Source: Dicyema japonicum (Eukaryota > Animalia > Dicyemida). From it: DNA of 64,000 nt. The notes under the pieces are model-generated. The model was given only the letters and a program-made list of their open reading frames with translations. It was not told the origin of the DNA and did not search any database. How positions within the stretch are numbered: position 1 is the first letter of the stretch; every line of letters starts with the position of its first letter. Positions 26,655 to 38,129 of this stretch are shown here, piece by piece. The DNA is taken from positions 690,402-754,401 of the forward strand of contig RDEW01000029.1 in the NCBI GenBank assembly GCA_011109175.1. Reading direction: 5' to 3'. Made by a program: the position numbers and the translations under genes.

Positions 26655-26978
26655 CAACCAAGTATCACGTGTTTAAGTTTAAAGAAAATTAACTAATTTT
26701 AAAAATAATATTTTTTAACTTTCGAAATTTATTAATTTAAATTTAAATAATAATAATAATAATAAATTGTTCTTTTTAATTTCAAAAATACAGTACACCA
26801 TCATTAATCAGAACTTCAATAATCCGAAAATTCAAAATCCGAATTCTTTGATAAGTCAGAAAAATTTTACCAAAATTCCATACAAACAGGCTTCAATAAA
26901 CCGAAATTTCCTTATCCGCAATCTAAAATTTCTGATTAATTTATTTTTTATGTACAATTAATTAATTTAAAGTACCAC

Positions 26979-27760
26979 ATGGTTAGGAAAGGACTGAAAT
27001 TTATATTGTCTAGAAAAGAATGATTTGTTAAAAAATGAATTTCAGAATTATCCCATATCTGTGAAATAAAAATGAACCTTTATTAAGGAATTTCGACACT
27101 TTCAGAATTTCTTAAAAATCGTGAAAAATGGGAAAACTGAAATTTTGATTAACAAGTCAAAACAGCTGGAAAACATCATCAACTTGATAATTCCCTTGTT
27201 GAATGGATTTCAAGAATGGATGCAATCAATGGTTTTATTACTGAAGATATCATTTCAAAGCTAAAATATTTGGTGGAAAGTTAGGAATCAACAATTCTGA
27301 ATTTAGTAAAGGACGCTACACAGATTTAAAGGAAGATTTAATCTTAAACTAAAAGTTCTTTATAGAGAAGCTAGAAATAAATTTTAATATGATTAAGTTA
27401 AAAGAAGTTGAGCCTGAAGTATTGATAAACACGGATGAAACTGGACTTTTTTTATTTTTCACTTCGAAAACAAATTCATCTAAAGATAGAAAGGGCATAA
27501 AGCAATCAAAAGTGAGATCACTATAGCTCTTTGTGCCAATGCAACTGGAACAATAAAAATTAAAACTTTAAAGACCAAGATGTTTAAAAGATTTTGATTT
27601 TTAAAAATATTGTACTATGCAAATAAAAGGGCTTGGATGACAACAGAATTTTTAAGGTTTTCATCAGTCATCTTAGTGATGAATCAAAATGTTACAAGTT
27701 CTTTATACGTACTGATGCACAACATAACATTTTTTATTAAAAACCAAGACATAGCGATAG
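26979..27760 (+). mobile_element. pogo/Tigger transposase remnant (5' part)
   Basis: CENP-B-type HTH, 'NTDETGLF', 'ALCANATG', 'YYANKRAWMT'. Confidence 0.8.
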
Positions 27761-27799
27761 TTATGGGGGATTACGTTATTAAAAATCCTGCCGAGGGAT

Positions 27800-29190
27800 T
27801 GATTCTTTCGCAGTTTTAGCCCAATTTAGCTTCACAGTATCTTCTGAATGAACGTGTCATCCACTTTGGTCCTCAGAAGAAAACCCTCAATCCGTTCCAC
27901 TGCCACGTTCCTTACGGACTTGATCAGAGTTTCCTCCCCATCTAGTAGTTACTTAACCCTTCTACGAAGGCCAGATTGATTGCCATCCCTCGTCTTGTCC
28001 GAAAAATTGATCATTCTTTCTCTTTTTTGCAAAAATACCATCCTTTACATCCGTAGACAAGAGAGGGCAGAATAATTCTTTCAAAAAATAAAGATAAACG
28101 CTTCCTTCTTCAAATTGAGTTTTCGTAGACACAGAAGTGCTTGGTAAGCCTTTTTCATTTTGATACCTTCAACGTATTCTCCTCTACATCCAAAGCAGAC
28201 ACCCAAATAACGTAAATGATCAACATTGCTGATACCACTCAATGTGTACTCCTGTTGAAAAAACTTTCTATAATTTTGACTTTTCCATTGAGAGACTTAA
28301 GCCACGGGACATACACAACCAGAGAATTTCCTCCAAAAATCCACGTAATCTTCCCTCCGACACTACCGAACTTTTCAAAGTGGCAATATCAGTACGTCGT
28401 CCGCGTAAATAATCATATTAGTACTAGGATTCCTGGGAGCCGGAAAATCTCTCATAAATATATCAAATAGCAGAGTACTCAAGACTGAGCCTTGTGCCAC
28501 TCCCCCCTTCAAATCAATCTTTTTCAGAAGTAAATCCTACACATCTCACAAATGATCTTCTCCCTGTCAGAAGATTTCTTAACCAATCAAATAAAAGTTT
28601 TGGGATTCCAGCTGCGAGTAGCTGATAAAACAGTGCGTCATGCCAGACACTATCGAAGGCCTTCGATATATCAAGACAGACAACTCTCAGCTGATATTTG
28701 AAATTCCTGGCCTTCTCAATCTCAGAGTTCAAGATGAAAAAACAATCTCCAAATGATCTCCCTGCATTGTTCCTTGCTGAGAAATTTCCGTGATTCAATG
28801 TGACGTGTAAGTCATTTATAAATCAACCTCTTCATGATTTTTGAAATTGAGTTTATCAGACTAATAGGTCTATAACCCATGGGATCCGTCCTCGATTTTC
28901 CTGGTTTTGAAATCATCCGAATAATGGAATCCTTCAATGTTTGAGGTACATATCCCATATTGAGACTTGCTACAAATAGGTAACAGAGGACTTCAAAAAG
29001 GCAATCCGGACCCTCCTTGAATAACTTAAGGCGTATCCCGTCCATTCCAGGAGCTTTATCTCGGCATTCAATTATAGTTTGTTTTATCTCTTCTTTAGTA
29101 ATACTTATTGGTAATGCTCCAAGCCACGCTTTGACGAAATCTTTTGAAAACATTAACATTTTATTCTTTACAAAAACACAACTCTCATCT
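27800..29190 (-). mobile_element. LINE RT fragment inserted in the pogo element
   Basis: 'KAPGMDG', 'YRPISL', 'CLDISKAFDSVWH'; same family as 38130-41960. Confidence 0.8.
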
Positions 29191-29520
29191 TCGACCAATG
29201 GATGCAGTAATAATCAAGAACTTTAAGCACTTTTTTGTTAATTTACGGAAGGCCATCATTATGACATCTCACACATGGAATAGTGCAAAAAAATACACAG
29301 TAAAAATTGTGTCAAAAAAGACATGGACGATTAAATGTCTTGATTCATTTGCTAATGAAGATAACATGCAAGATTCTGTTTTTTATGTTTAAATAAAGAA
29401 CTGGAAGAACTTGTTAATGAGGAATAAATAAATCATACAGAAAGCCTCGACGATAACGAAATCGTCATTTTTTATGAAGATTATAATGTCTACGAGGAAA
29501 TTATGACGCTAAATTGGAGA
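29190..29520 (+). mobile_element. pogo/Tigger transposase remnant (3' part)
   Basis: 'RPMDAVIIKNFK' corresponds to the pogo QPxDxGIIxxFK third-D motif. Confidence 0.6.
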
Positions 29521-29529
29521 ATTTTCGTT

Positions 29530-30060
29530 ATTATTAAAAACCAAAAATCACCGACAAATTAAATAAATACATAGCCATCAGGTGATTCCGGCCGCCTCGA
29601 GTAGCCATCTGATTCTTGCTAGGTGTTCTTCCTGAGTTCCAACGCATTTCCGGATTGGGCGGGGGTTTCTAACTTTTTTGGAGGGTAGTAGGGCTCCGGT
29701 TTCCTCACTAATTCCTCAAAGGGTGTAGGGTTTAGAGGTGTCCAAGAAAACCTTTGTAAAGCCTTACTGGCCATTTTTGGAAGGTATTGATTTTTCTATA
29801 TTCCTGTTTGATAGGTTGGTTCCCCATGCAGCACACCCGTAAGTTAGAGACGGTTAAATATACTGCACGTAGAGCGAGTCCAAATTTGAATTGAAACACC
29901 CATTATATTGTCCAAGGAGTGTTTTTAACAAAATTTAGCTTTCGTTGTGCCGAAGAGATGACGTTGTCGATGTGTTTGCTGAAGTTCAAGAGTGGGTCGT
30001 AGGTTATGCCCAGTATCTTGACCGAGTTGGTCGTGGGGATTGAGTTTCCATTTATGGTTA
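29530..30060 (-). mobile_element. LINE 3' fragment, sister of 47270-48220
   Basis: High nucleotide identity to 47280-47895; short (TAA)n tail. Confidence 0.75.
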
Positions 30061-30168
30061 AATAAACATAATTTTTTGATTTTAAATAATTTGTTACATT
30101 TTTTTATTCTGATATATTAAAACAAAAAATTAATTAATATTAAATTAATATATTTATTACCTTCAGAT

Positions 30169-33100
30169 TTGAATTTTTTGTTGTTGTGGGCATGGCTGTT
30201 TCTTGTAAGAAAAGAAGAAAAGATGTTTCAATCGACCTATCTACGAAAGTTACTAAAAGAAAAAAACAAAAGAAACGTAGAGAATGTGGTCGATGACTTG
30301 TCCAAGACCCAAAAAGTTGTCAATACTGATCTTAAAGAACATCTTCTCTCACTGCAATACGTAGTCGACAAAGTTCACACTGTGGACAAGAGACAATGGG
30401 CTGTGGAAGTAGTTGAAGCTACAAAATCCAGATTTAAGAGAATGCCCCGTGGTGGTTGGCCTCTGATTACGAATGCTTTTAACCAAAGATTCGGGACATC
30501 GAAATCCGTTACCAATTTCAAGAGCTTGCTCTTTTCAAATTCGAGTGAATCACTCTGTGGTCTTCCAGTTGGGGAAATACAGAAGGTAGAAATTTCGAAT
30601 TTTAGAAAATGCTTTGAAGAGTTTTGTTGCCAAATTGGGAAAGTATTCACAACGGGAAGGAACCTTCGCATGCCTACTAGGAAGATTCCCAGACAATTGA
30701 TAAAAAAGGATATTTTGAATGGAATTAATGCGGCAATCAAGGAATATATAGATTCCTTGCCTAATTTGGATATCAATGATATCACAGATATCATATATGC
30801 TGGGCAGTGCACCTATGAAAGTCTTACCAGGAGGAATAGCACTAAAAGTAATTGGGAAGAGTCCATGAAAGGAAAAATCACTAAACTTAGGAAACAACTT
30901 GAGCAAATTCAAATGGCTAGTGAAATGAACGGGAAGAAGCAATTTGATGAAGAAGTGCGCAATACTCTATGTTCATATGGATTTAAGAAATCGAAGAGGG
31001 GAGAATTTGAGAGAATTGCTTCCTATGTCCGTGATCAAATCAAGATAATTGAGAAGAAATTGAGAATTTATGAATCAAGAAAGGGATTTAGAAGAGCCAA
31101 TTGGTGCTTCGAGTTGAATAGAAGGCGGTTCTACAGAAATATTAGTGGAGATAATAAGAAGGGAGTGCTGAATTTCGATGAAGGGGAATGTCTACCTTTT
31201 TGGACAACCATTTGGAATGAGAGTGATCGAAAGGAGAGCAAATTCTTGTTGAACAAGAGAGTGACTGGATCTGAAAATTCTTATGCCGATTTTACAAAGG
31301 AAGCGATCGTCGATACTATCAAGATGCTTCCAAATTGGAAAGCGTCTGGGTGCGACGGAGTTTATAACTTCTTTATCAAAAGTTTTACTTCGATTCATGA
31401 ACATCTTTGCGAGGAGATTCAGAAGATCATAAATGATGAATATACGCCTGGTGATTGGTTCTACACGGGGATAACACATCTTATACCAAAAGTGGACGTA
31501 TGTAATTCACCCAAGGAGTTAAGACCAATTACTTGTATGCCTAATCTCTATAAACTATTGACAAAGTGTGTGAACAAGAAATTATCTGAATATATTGAAT
31601 CGTACGATCTCTTAAGTGATAATCAATTGGGAACTCGGAGGATGTGTCAAGGAGCCAAAGAACAAGCTTTGGTGAACCAATGTTTAAATCAAAGAAATGG
31701 AAGTAACTTATGTTCTACCTGGATCGATGTTAAAAAAGCATTTGATTCCGTTGACCACGAGTTTTTGGGCGAAGTGCTCCAGAATTCTGGCCTGCCTTTC
31801 TGGATTGTGAGTTTTATCACGAAACTTGTTGGGAAATGGAAGATACGACTGAATTTGGAAGGAAAAGTGTTGGGGGAGATTAGAATAAGAAGAGGAATTC
31901 TACAGGGGGACTCTCTTTCGCCACAGATCTTTGCTTTGTTAATGGACCCCCTTAGCCGAATATTGAATGGAAAATTTCCTAAAGTAACTATGGGAAGCCC
32001 GGGAAATGGAGAGCCAACATATGCCACTAATCACCTTCTGTTTATGGACGATATAAAGTTGTTTTCTCACAAAAGTGATTCAATGGTTATGATGATGGAA
32101 GAAGTTGATTCGTTTTTTGATGCAGCCGGGTTGGAGAGGAACTTTGACAAATCTGCAACAAATGTCAAGTCCTTGTCTGGGAAAGCTCGTTTCCTTGATG
32201 GATTGGATGGATACCGATATTTGGGAGTTCTTGAAGATAAGAACAGCAATGTTCTTAAAGGAGAAATTATGAATAAAATCTATGGAGAAGTATCTAAGCG
32301 GATCAAAAATTTGACGAAGACGGATTTAAACTCAGTGAACCTGTTTAAAGCTATGAATGAGTATGCAATCTCCCTTTACAACTATTACATTGGATTGATT
32401 GATATCGAACCTGGAGAGTTTGAACAGATTGATAAAAATATTCGCAGAATTCTTATGGACAGTCATATCCACTTGCAACCGGCAAACAAAGAAAGACTTT
32501 ATCTACCAAGAAATAAATTTGGAAGAGGCCTCGAGTCAGTCAGTAACAAAGCAGAAAGAATGCTCCTCCAATTTTATAGTGATTTGGAACATAAGGCAAA
32601 TTACTGCCTAAGAAGAGCGGGAATTCTACGGGTCATTAATTCAAAGAAAATACACATGGCCACTATCGTAGAATTCATCTCAAGAAAGTACAACATTGAA
32701 AATGTGAAGGATTTGACAATGTTGAAATTGATGGAAATACAACATGAATATCTACTGGGAAAAATTGAAGAGAAATCGCTGCACTCTATTCTATTTGAGT
32801 GTCTGAAAGATACCGAAGTGAATATTGCTGAATCCTCAGGGTGGTTAGTTCATGGAAATCATTCTCCTGTAACCGAAGGAAGGCTGTGTCTGCTTCAGGA
32901 TCGTAACATGTTTTTTGATAATGGAGAAGCCAAGTGCAAACATTGTAACTCAGGAAAGAAGACCGTTGATCACCTTGCAACTAGATGTGGGAGAATGCTG
33001 AATAGCTCGTATCTCAGGCGGCATAACGAGGTGGTCAGATGTATTCACTTACACCTCTGCCGTCAATATGGAATAAGAAAAACTAAGAAACTGAAGACCC

Positions 33101-33393
33101 ACTCAGTCCAATCTGTTGTCTCAAATGAATTTGTGGAGATTCGTGTAGACACAACGATTAGTACAGATACGGCTGTACAGAATAACAAACCCGATATTTT
33201 CGTTCATGATAAGGTGCGTAATACGATTACTCTCGTTGAAATTGGGATCACGTCCCAAAACTGCCTCAAGCAAGTCGAGGTGGAAAACGTGGTTTACAAA
33301 AATGTCAATTTCTTCAAAAAAGTAAATTTGCGGCCGAAAAACGTTCATTATAGAAGTCTGTTTGGAAGAATTTCAGCAAAAAACCTAAGCTAA
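30169..33393 (+). CDS. R4/Dong-like non-LTR retrotransposon ORF (RT + CCHC + restriction-like endonuclease), 3'-truncated
   Basis: Unbroken 1074-codon frame: RPITC, DVKKAFDSV, GILQGDSLSP, FMDD, YRYLG, CxxC..H..C, RHN, KPD..LVEIGIT. Native sequence stops at about 33286 (VEVE) and the frame runs into Tc1 DNA. Confidence 0.9.
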   Translation: MNFLLLWAWLFLVRKEEKMFQSTYLRKLLKEKNKRNVENVVDDLSKTQKVVNTDLKEHLLSLQYVVDKVHTVDKRQWAVEVVEATKSRFKRMPRGGWPLITNAFNQRFGTSKSVTNFKSLLFSNSSESLCGLPVGEIQKVEISNFRKCFEEFCCQIGKVFTTGRNLRMPTRKIPRQLIKKDILNGINAAIKEYIDSLPNLDINDITDIIYAGQCTYESLTRRNSTKSNWEESMKGKITKLRKQLEQIQMASEMNGKKQFDEEVRNTLCSYGFKKSKRGEFERIASYVRDQIKIIEKKLRIYESRKGFRRANWCFELNRRRFYRNISGDNKKGVLNFDEGECLPFWTTIWNESDRKESKFLLNKRVTGSENSYADFTKEAIVDTIKMLPNWKASGCDGVYNFFIKSFTSIHEHLCEEIQKIINDEYTPGDWFYTGITHLIPKVDVCNSPKELRPITCMPNLYKLLTKCVNKKLSEYIESYDLLSDNQLGTRRMCQGAKEQALVNQCLNQRNGSNLCSTWIDVKKAFDSVDHEFLGEVLQNSGLPFWIVSFITKLVGKWKIRLNLEGKVLGEIRIRRGILQGDSLSPQIFALLMDPLSRILNGKFPKVTMGSPGNGEPTYATNHLLFMDDIKLFSHKSDSMVMMMEEVDSFFDAAGLERNFDKSATNVKSLSGKARFLDGLDGYRYLGVLEDKNSNVLKGEIMNKIYGEVSKRIKNLTKTDLNSVNLFKAMNEYAISLYNYYIGLIDIEPGEFEQIDKNIRRILMDSHIHLQPANKERLYLPRNKFGRGLESVSNKAERMLLQFYSDLEHKANYCLRRAGILRVINSKKIHMATIVEFISRKYNIENVKDLTMLKLMEIQHEYLLGKIEEKSLHSILFECLKDTEVNIAESSGWLVHGNHSPVTEGRLCLLQDRNMFFDNGEAKCKHCNSGKKTVDHLATRCGRMLNSSYLRRHNEVVRCIHLHLCRQYGIRKTKKLKTHSVQSVVSNEFVEIRVDTTISTDTAVQNNKPDIFVHDKVRNTITLVEIGITSQNCLKQVEVENVVYKNVNFFKKVNLRPKNVHYRSLFGRISAKNLS

Positions 33394-33985
33394 AAAAATA
33401 CAGATAGAAAATCCGGTGTCAAGACAAATTTTGCTGGACTCAAAATCAATGGAATAATATAATTTTTACCAATGAATGTAGAATTGAACTTTTTCATTTA
33501 GTTCGTGAATATATTAGAAAACCAAAAAAATGCGTTATATAAATAAATATTATTTAAAAACCGTTAAATTCTCTCCCAGTATAATGGTACTTCAAACTTA
33601 TGTTAGCCAAGCAAAACGTGGACTTGAATGAAAATCAACGAATATGGGATAAAGGACTACTTAATATTTTTGAAGAGGGTATAGTGATACAACAGGACGA
33701 CGCAAGCTGTCACAATTTTCAATCAACTAAGGAATATTTACGCCGAAACGACTATAATTCTCTAGAAAATTGGCCTAGTAAGTCACCCGACTTAAATATA
33801 ATCGAACAGTGTGACCTTGTTGAAATCAGAAGTTTGAACAAATCTCCAATGACAAGGAGGAACTATGGAAAACCACATTGTTCGAATAGAACCGTATTGC
33901 TGAATTTTTTTATTCGAAACTTGTATTTGTAATACCAAACTGAATAAATTCTGTTATTAGTAACAAAGGAAAATTACTATTAATC
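33290..33985 (+). mobile_element. Tc1 (DD34E) transposase remnant
   Basis: 'LFGRISAKKP', 'QQDDASCH', 'WPSKSPDLNIIE'. Confidence 0.75.
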
Positions 33986-34064
33986 TCTGTTAATTTCGAA
34001 AATATTTTTTTAATTTTTTATTTATTATTATTATTTAAAAGTAACAATTAATAATTAATTTACA

Positions 34065-34262
34065 CTGCCAGCAATCAAAAGTGGTCCCCGTCGGCATTAT
34101 CGACGTTGCGTCGCCTTTCACGATTGCAACAGGGATCAGCTAGAGAAGTCACTGGGTCTCACGTCCATCGTGGCTTTTAGTGTAGCTAGGCGTCCAAGTT
34201 TCTTTAGGAAGCTAAGAGATCTTCTACTTATTCCTCCAGTTGTCTCGACCACAATGGGATAG
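34065..34262 (-). mobile_element. CRE 3'-end fragment
   Basis: Strong nucleotide similarity to 22023-22210. Confidence 0.75.
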
Positions 34263-34368
34263 AGCGCAACACATGCTTTAAAAATTTGTAGTGGCTTTTA
34301 ACAGAGAGGACCATGAATGTGCTTTTTGTCCTCGTTTTTGTCCTTTTCTTTTAATCGATAATATTTAT

Positions 34369-36087
34369 TGTCGGATGTCATAAGAACCCGGGGCGTTGAT
34401 AGTGTCCGGGTTGATAAGACAAATTTATCACTTAAAAACAACAACAACCACTAAGTTTTGTCTCAAGAGAAACAAAATAGAGAGAAGTTAAATCCACAAG
34501 GAAAAGAACCGAGATTAAAGTATTCAAATGAAGATATAAAAGAGTCTGAGTTTAGAAAGCTCTTATACATTAAAAGACGCCGACATGTACCCAGTGAGCA
34601 ATTGGCCCATGACCCTGTTGATGATGGTGTATCGGTTTTTTTAATTTAATTCTCCGTCTCTTGACTTTAATTTTTTCACTGAAAAAAATGAGCCATCAAA
34701 ATGGAAAGAGAATATAACTGGAAAAATAAAAGTGGAAATCATTTCTTTTGCTAACTAAAAAGTTATTTATGTTAACAAAAAATATCTTTCCAAAGAGTTG
34801 GAGTTGACCACGCAGAGTTCAAGATTGTCCCGATTGTACTCACTTGGGATGGCCTAGTGACTTCACATTCGTGGAAGTATGCAGATCTTTGAATATAAGT
34901 GAAAGAACGTATGTTCAATCGCTGGTAATCAAGAAGAATTTGGAGAGTATGATTGCATCATAAAGGAACCAAGTCGAGGTTTCGCAGCGTTATGATAAGC
35001 TTAATGAATAGATAAAGGATATATACTCTCGGTCTGATTATGAAGAAAATTCAAAAGAAGAGTGTGAGCAAAGAAAAGGACTGTGACAATTTGGTTTACC
35101 CCATAGTTGCTCGATGAGGAAACGAATTGGATAGAGAACATTTTAAATAAAATCATTTTGTGACAACTTAAACCTTAAATTTGATAGATCATGACAAAAT
35201 TTTAATGTAAAAACGATTTAAAAAAATCAAAACTTGTTTAGAATCAGGCAAATAAACTGTATTTAAAGCATAATTAATTTTTTTAATTCTTGATTGTGAA
35301 ACTTTTTGTTTCATCTGTGGAAACTCCTTTAACCACAACAAAATGTAAATGTTCCTCTATAACAACATAATAGAACAAGTTTCTTGATTTCATCATCTGA
35401 AAATGTTCAGTTCTTTGGGCTGGTAATTCGATCACTTTATTATCAGACACAGAAGCAGATTGAATCCCGAAGTTTCAAATAATAGTCTAAAAATAAATTC
35501 ACAAAGCTTACCTGAAAGGTGACTTTCCAGTAGCACGATAAATAGAAATGTTTATTTATAGAGAGTAGATTTCAAATATGTCAATCCAATTATTAGATTT
35601 GGATTGAAATAAGTTTCGCTAACCAACGCTTTAGCACTTTTAATTATAGCGTTCCACCTTGCCCTTGTGATTGAAGGTGTCCTGGTCTACCATGAATGCC
35701 GTTAACCTCCGATCACATAATAATGCTGAAACTTCAGTGTTACAAAACTTTTTTTTCAACCCTTTTCACGCTTTATTGACTCAAAATAAAATTTTTGGAA
35801 GAAAAAAAGACCGATTCTTCGATTTCTTCTATTTTCAACCCTTTTCACGCTTAATCGCTTTATTGACTCAAAATAAGTTTTTTTGTTTTTTGGGGAACAA
35901 GGGACCGATCCTTCGACCTCTTCTATTTTCGACCCTTTGCACGCTTTATTGACTAAAAATAAATTTTTTTGTTTTTGAGGAAACAAGGGACAGATCTTTC
36001 GAAGCAAAACTTAGTGGATGTTAATGTTTTAAGTGATAAATTTGTCTTATCAACCGGGACACTATCAATAGCCCGGACGCTATCACA
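34369..36087 (-). mobile_element. non-autonomous Ginger-type DNA transposon, copy 1
   Basis: About 90-bp TIRs starting TGTCG (right end lacks the last ~7 bp). Integrase remnant 'IHGRPGHLQSQG.KVERYN...NW...RATGKSPFR|LLF' on - at 35290-35750 with a 25-nt intron at 35487-35511. R4 3' fragment 'KIVPIVLTWDGLV' at 34790-35110. Confidence 0.75.
35755..36005. repeat. three imperfect subterminal tandem units (ttttcaacccttttcacgc...ttattgactcaaaataa...)
   Basis: Visible at about 35755, 35832 and 35926; a single unit in copy 2 near 62735. Confidence 0.7.
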
Positions 36088-36131
36088 AAATTAGAATATT
36101 ATTTTAAATTAAATTTAAAAATGGGTTAAAA

Positions 36132-37471
36132 TTAAAAAATATCAACCAAAGCATTAGTAAAGTAGTCAACGTCACTCAGACTGAGACCGCTTAAATTAAC
36201 TCTTCCATTCTCGAGGACGTAAATATGATGTTTTTCTCGCAAAATACGTGCCTCGTCGCCTTTAAAGTCAAGTAATATGAATAATCCTTCGTTGCTAGTT
36301 ATAAAATCAAAGTTTTTATTTGGAAGTCTTTCTTGTAGACTTTCCTTTAGAGATGTCCTTATTTTTGATATTCTCTCTTTTAGTTTGGTGAACTCCCCCA
36401 TCCTACTGTGAGGACCACAAGTCAAACCATTGAGCTTTCAAGTCTTTATCTTTGAGAATCTCGTAGACTATTTTGACTGGAAATGCAGGAGGAATGGCGT
36501 AAGACTGAGAAACGAATGATTCCAATTTTGAATGGATTTCCCAATTTGGGAGTAGTCGTCGACTACAGTAAGAGTGAATTCCGAGTCGCTCCCCTGGATT
36601 TTATCAAATAAAAACCATAAATTCCGAAATTTTTCGAAAATGTTTGAGCAACCACAAATTGTAGGCCATTATCAGCAAACATCCTTAGGGGAAGAGCATC
36701 ATACTCCAAATCACATCCAAATCCCTGATAGGCAAGGTCAAAGAAGGGGAAAAGATTATTTTCTGAATATACTGAATCATTACTTTTATCAAATTCATTA
36801 TCTGCTCCCATTGACCCTTGGAAAGACCCCCTCCCGTCGGATTATGACAGCTGGCATGGAGTAGCACAGTAGAGTTGGCCTCAGCGTTCTATAATACTCC
36901 AATGGTTGATACCTCCAAATCACGGATCATTCCCTCAAAGTCTACTCGCTGTTCGGGGACGTTGTAATAGTGGTAAGTCAAAACCTCATCGAATATTGGT
37001 TCAAAATCTCATAATGAGGACCTTAAATGGTGAAGCTAGAGGTACCCCCATGTTGGGTCTGAAACGTAAATTCTTTCTTTGAGAAAACCTTAGCGGCCAA
37101 AAATGATCCCAAATAGAGCGCCCCGGATCCACCAACAGATTGGAAAGCATGGACCTAGTGTTGTGACATAAATATAACTCTTCCTTCCTGGACAGCTTGA
37201 CAGTCTCCCCCGAAAACAAGATCAATCACAAATGGGGTCACTTGATGATGTCCTGATAAACCCAAATATCCGTGGTCAAAGTTGTCACTCCCAATTAACT
37301 TTTGGGCAACTTGTTTAACCACATTAAACTTATATGTCTTCTTGTCATCCCCCATACACACTTAATTACATAAAATATACCCCCAATTGTTAAATTAAGC
37401 TTATTTGGGCAGGAATCCTGATTGTATTGACTAATTAATTCATGAATGCTAAGTGTGACTTGTTCAGTCAT
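36132..37471 (-). pseudogene. aspartate aminotransferase (GOT type), multi-intron, frameshifted
   Basis: 'KLNLTIG|V', 'QSVGGSGAL', 'YVSDPTW', 'LLHASCHNPTG', 'FFDLAYQGFG', 'QTFSKNFGIYG', 'HIYV..NGRVNLSGL'; introns of 20-24 nt (e.g. 37361-37380); at least three frame breaks remain after splicing. Confidence 0.85.
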
Positions 37472-37583
37472 TTATGAGTATGTTAAATTATTATTATAAA
37501 TGTGGTCAATAACACGTGCATTATAATAGTTATGGTTATTTTTATTGGTAATTATAAATTTTAATTATTTTTTTTATTTTTAA

Positions 37584-37852
37584 TTGAATTGGTGCTCGCA
37601 GTTAAGAGGAGATCAGAAACAATATCACAGAGGCGAAGCTTCCCTACCACGGGAGGTTTGTGTCCACTTGACGCGCCTACGTTGTGCCCATCACTTGAAT
37701 TTACATTCATATCTGTGCAGGATTGGACAATCGTCCTCTCCACTGTGCCCATCATGCTTTCTTGACGACCAGAAGACGGGTCACCTCTTCCCTTGTCCGA
37801 GTCCACCTACTAGTTTTCTACAGAACCAAATATACCTGTCGGATCTCTGGAA
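37584..37852 (+). mobile_element. LINE ORF2 C-terminal zinc-finger fragment (Ingi/Vingi-like)
   Basis: 'LPREVCVHLTRLR...SYL.RIG....CP.C......HLF.CP'. Confidence 0.6.
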
Positions 37853-37900
37853 NNNNNNNNNNNNNNNNNNNNNNNNNNNNNNNNNNNNNNNNNNNNNNNN
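37853..37900. other. assembly gap
   Basis: 48 consecutive N. Confidence 1.
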
Positions 37901-38129
37901 AAGCCTGTTATGGATTAGTGGAGAATGATTTGGTTGTAACAAGCAGACGTTACTGGCTTAAACAAATAACAAAGTTTGACCTTTTTAATCGATAATCAGT
38001 AGGGCGGAAATTGTCCTATTTTTTGTCCTATTTCAAAAATAAAATTGTCCCTAAATAGGACATAATTATTATAATTATTTTTTTTAATTTTGTTAGTTTT
38101 TTTTCAATTCATTTTAAATTACTGTTATA

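Noticed and set aside
30375-33348. Many antisense or alternative-frame ORFs over RT genes
   Set aside because: Shadow ORFs of coding sequence with no motifs.
35755-36005. Repeat-spacer-like pattern suggesting CRISPR
   Set aside because: Eukaryotic context, related rather than unique spacers, no cas genes; these are subterminal repeats of the Ginger element.
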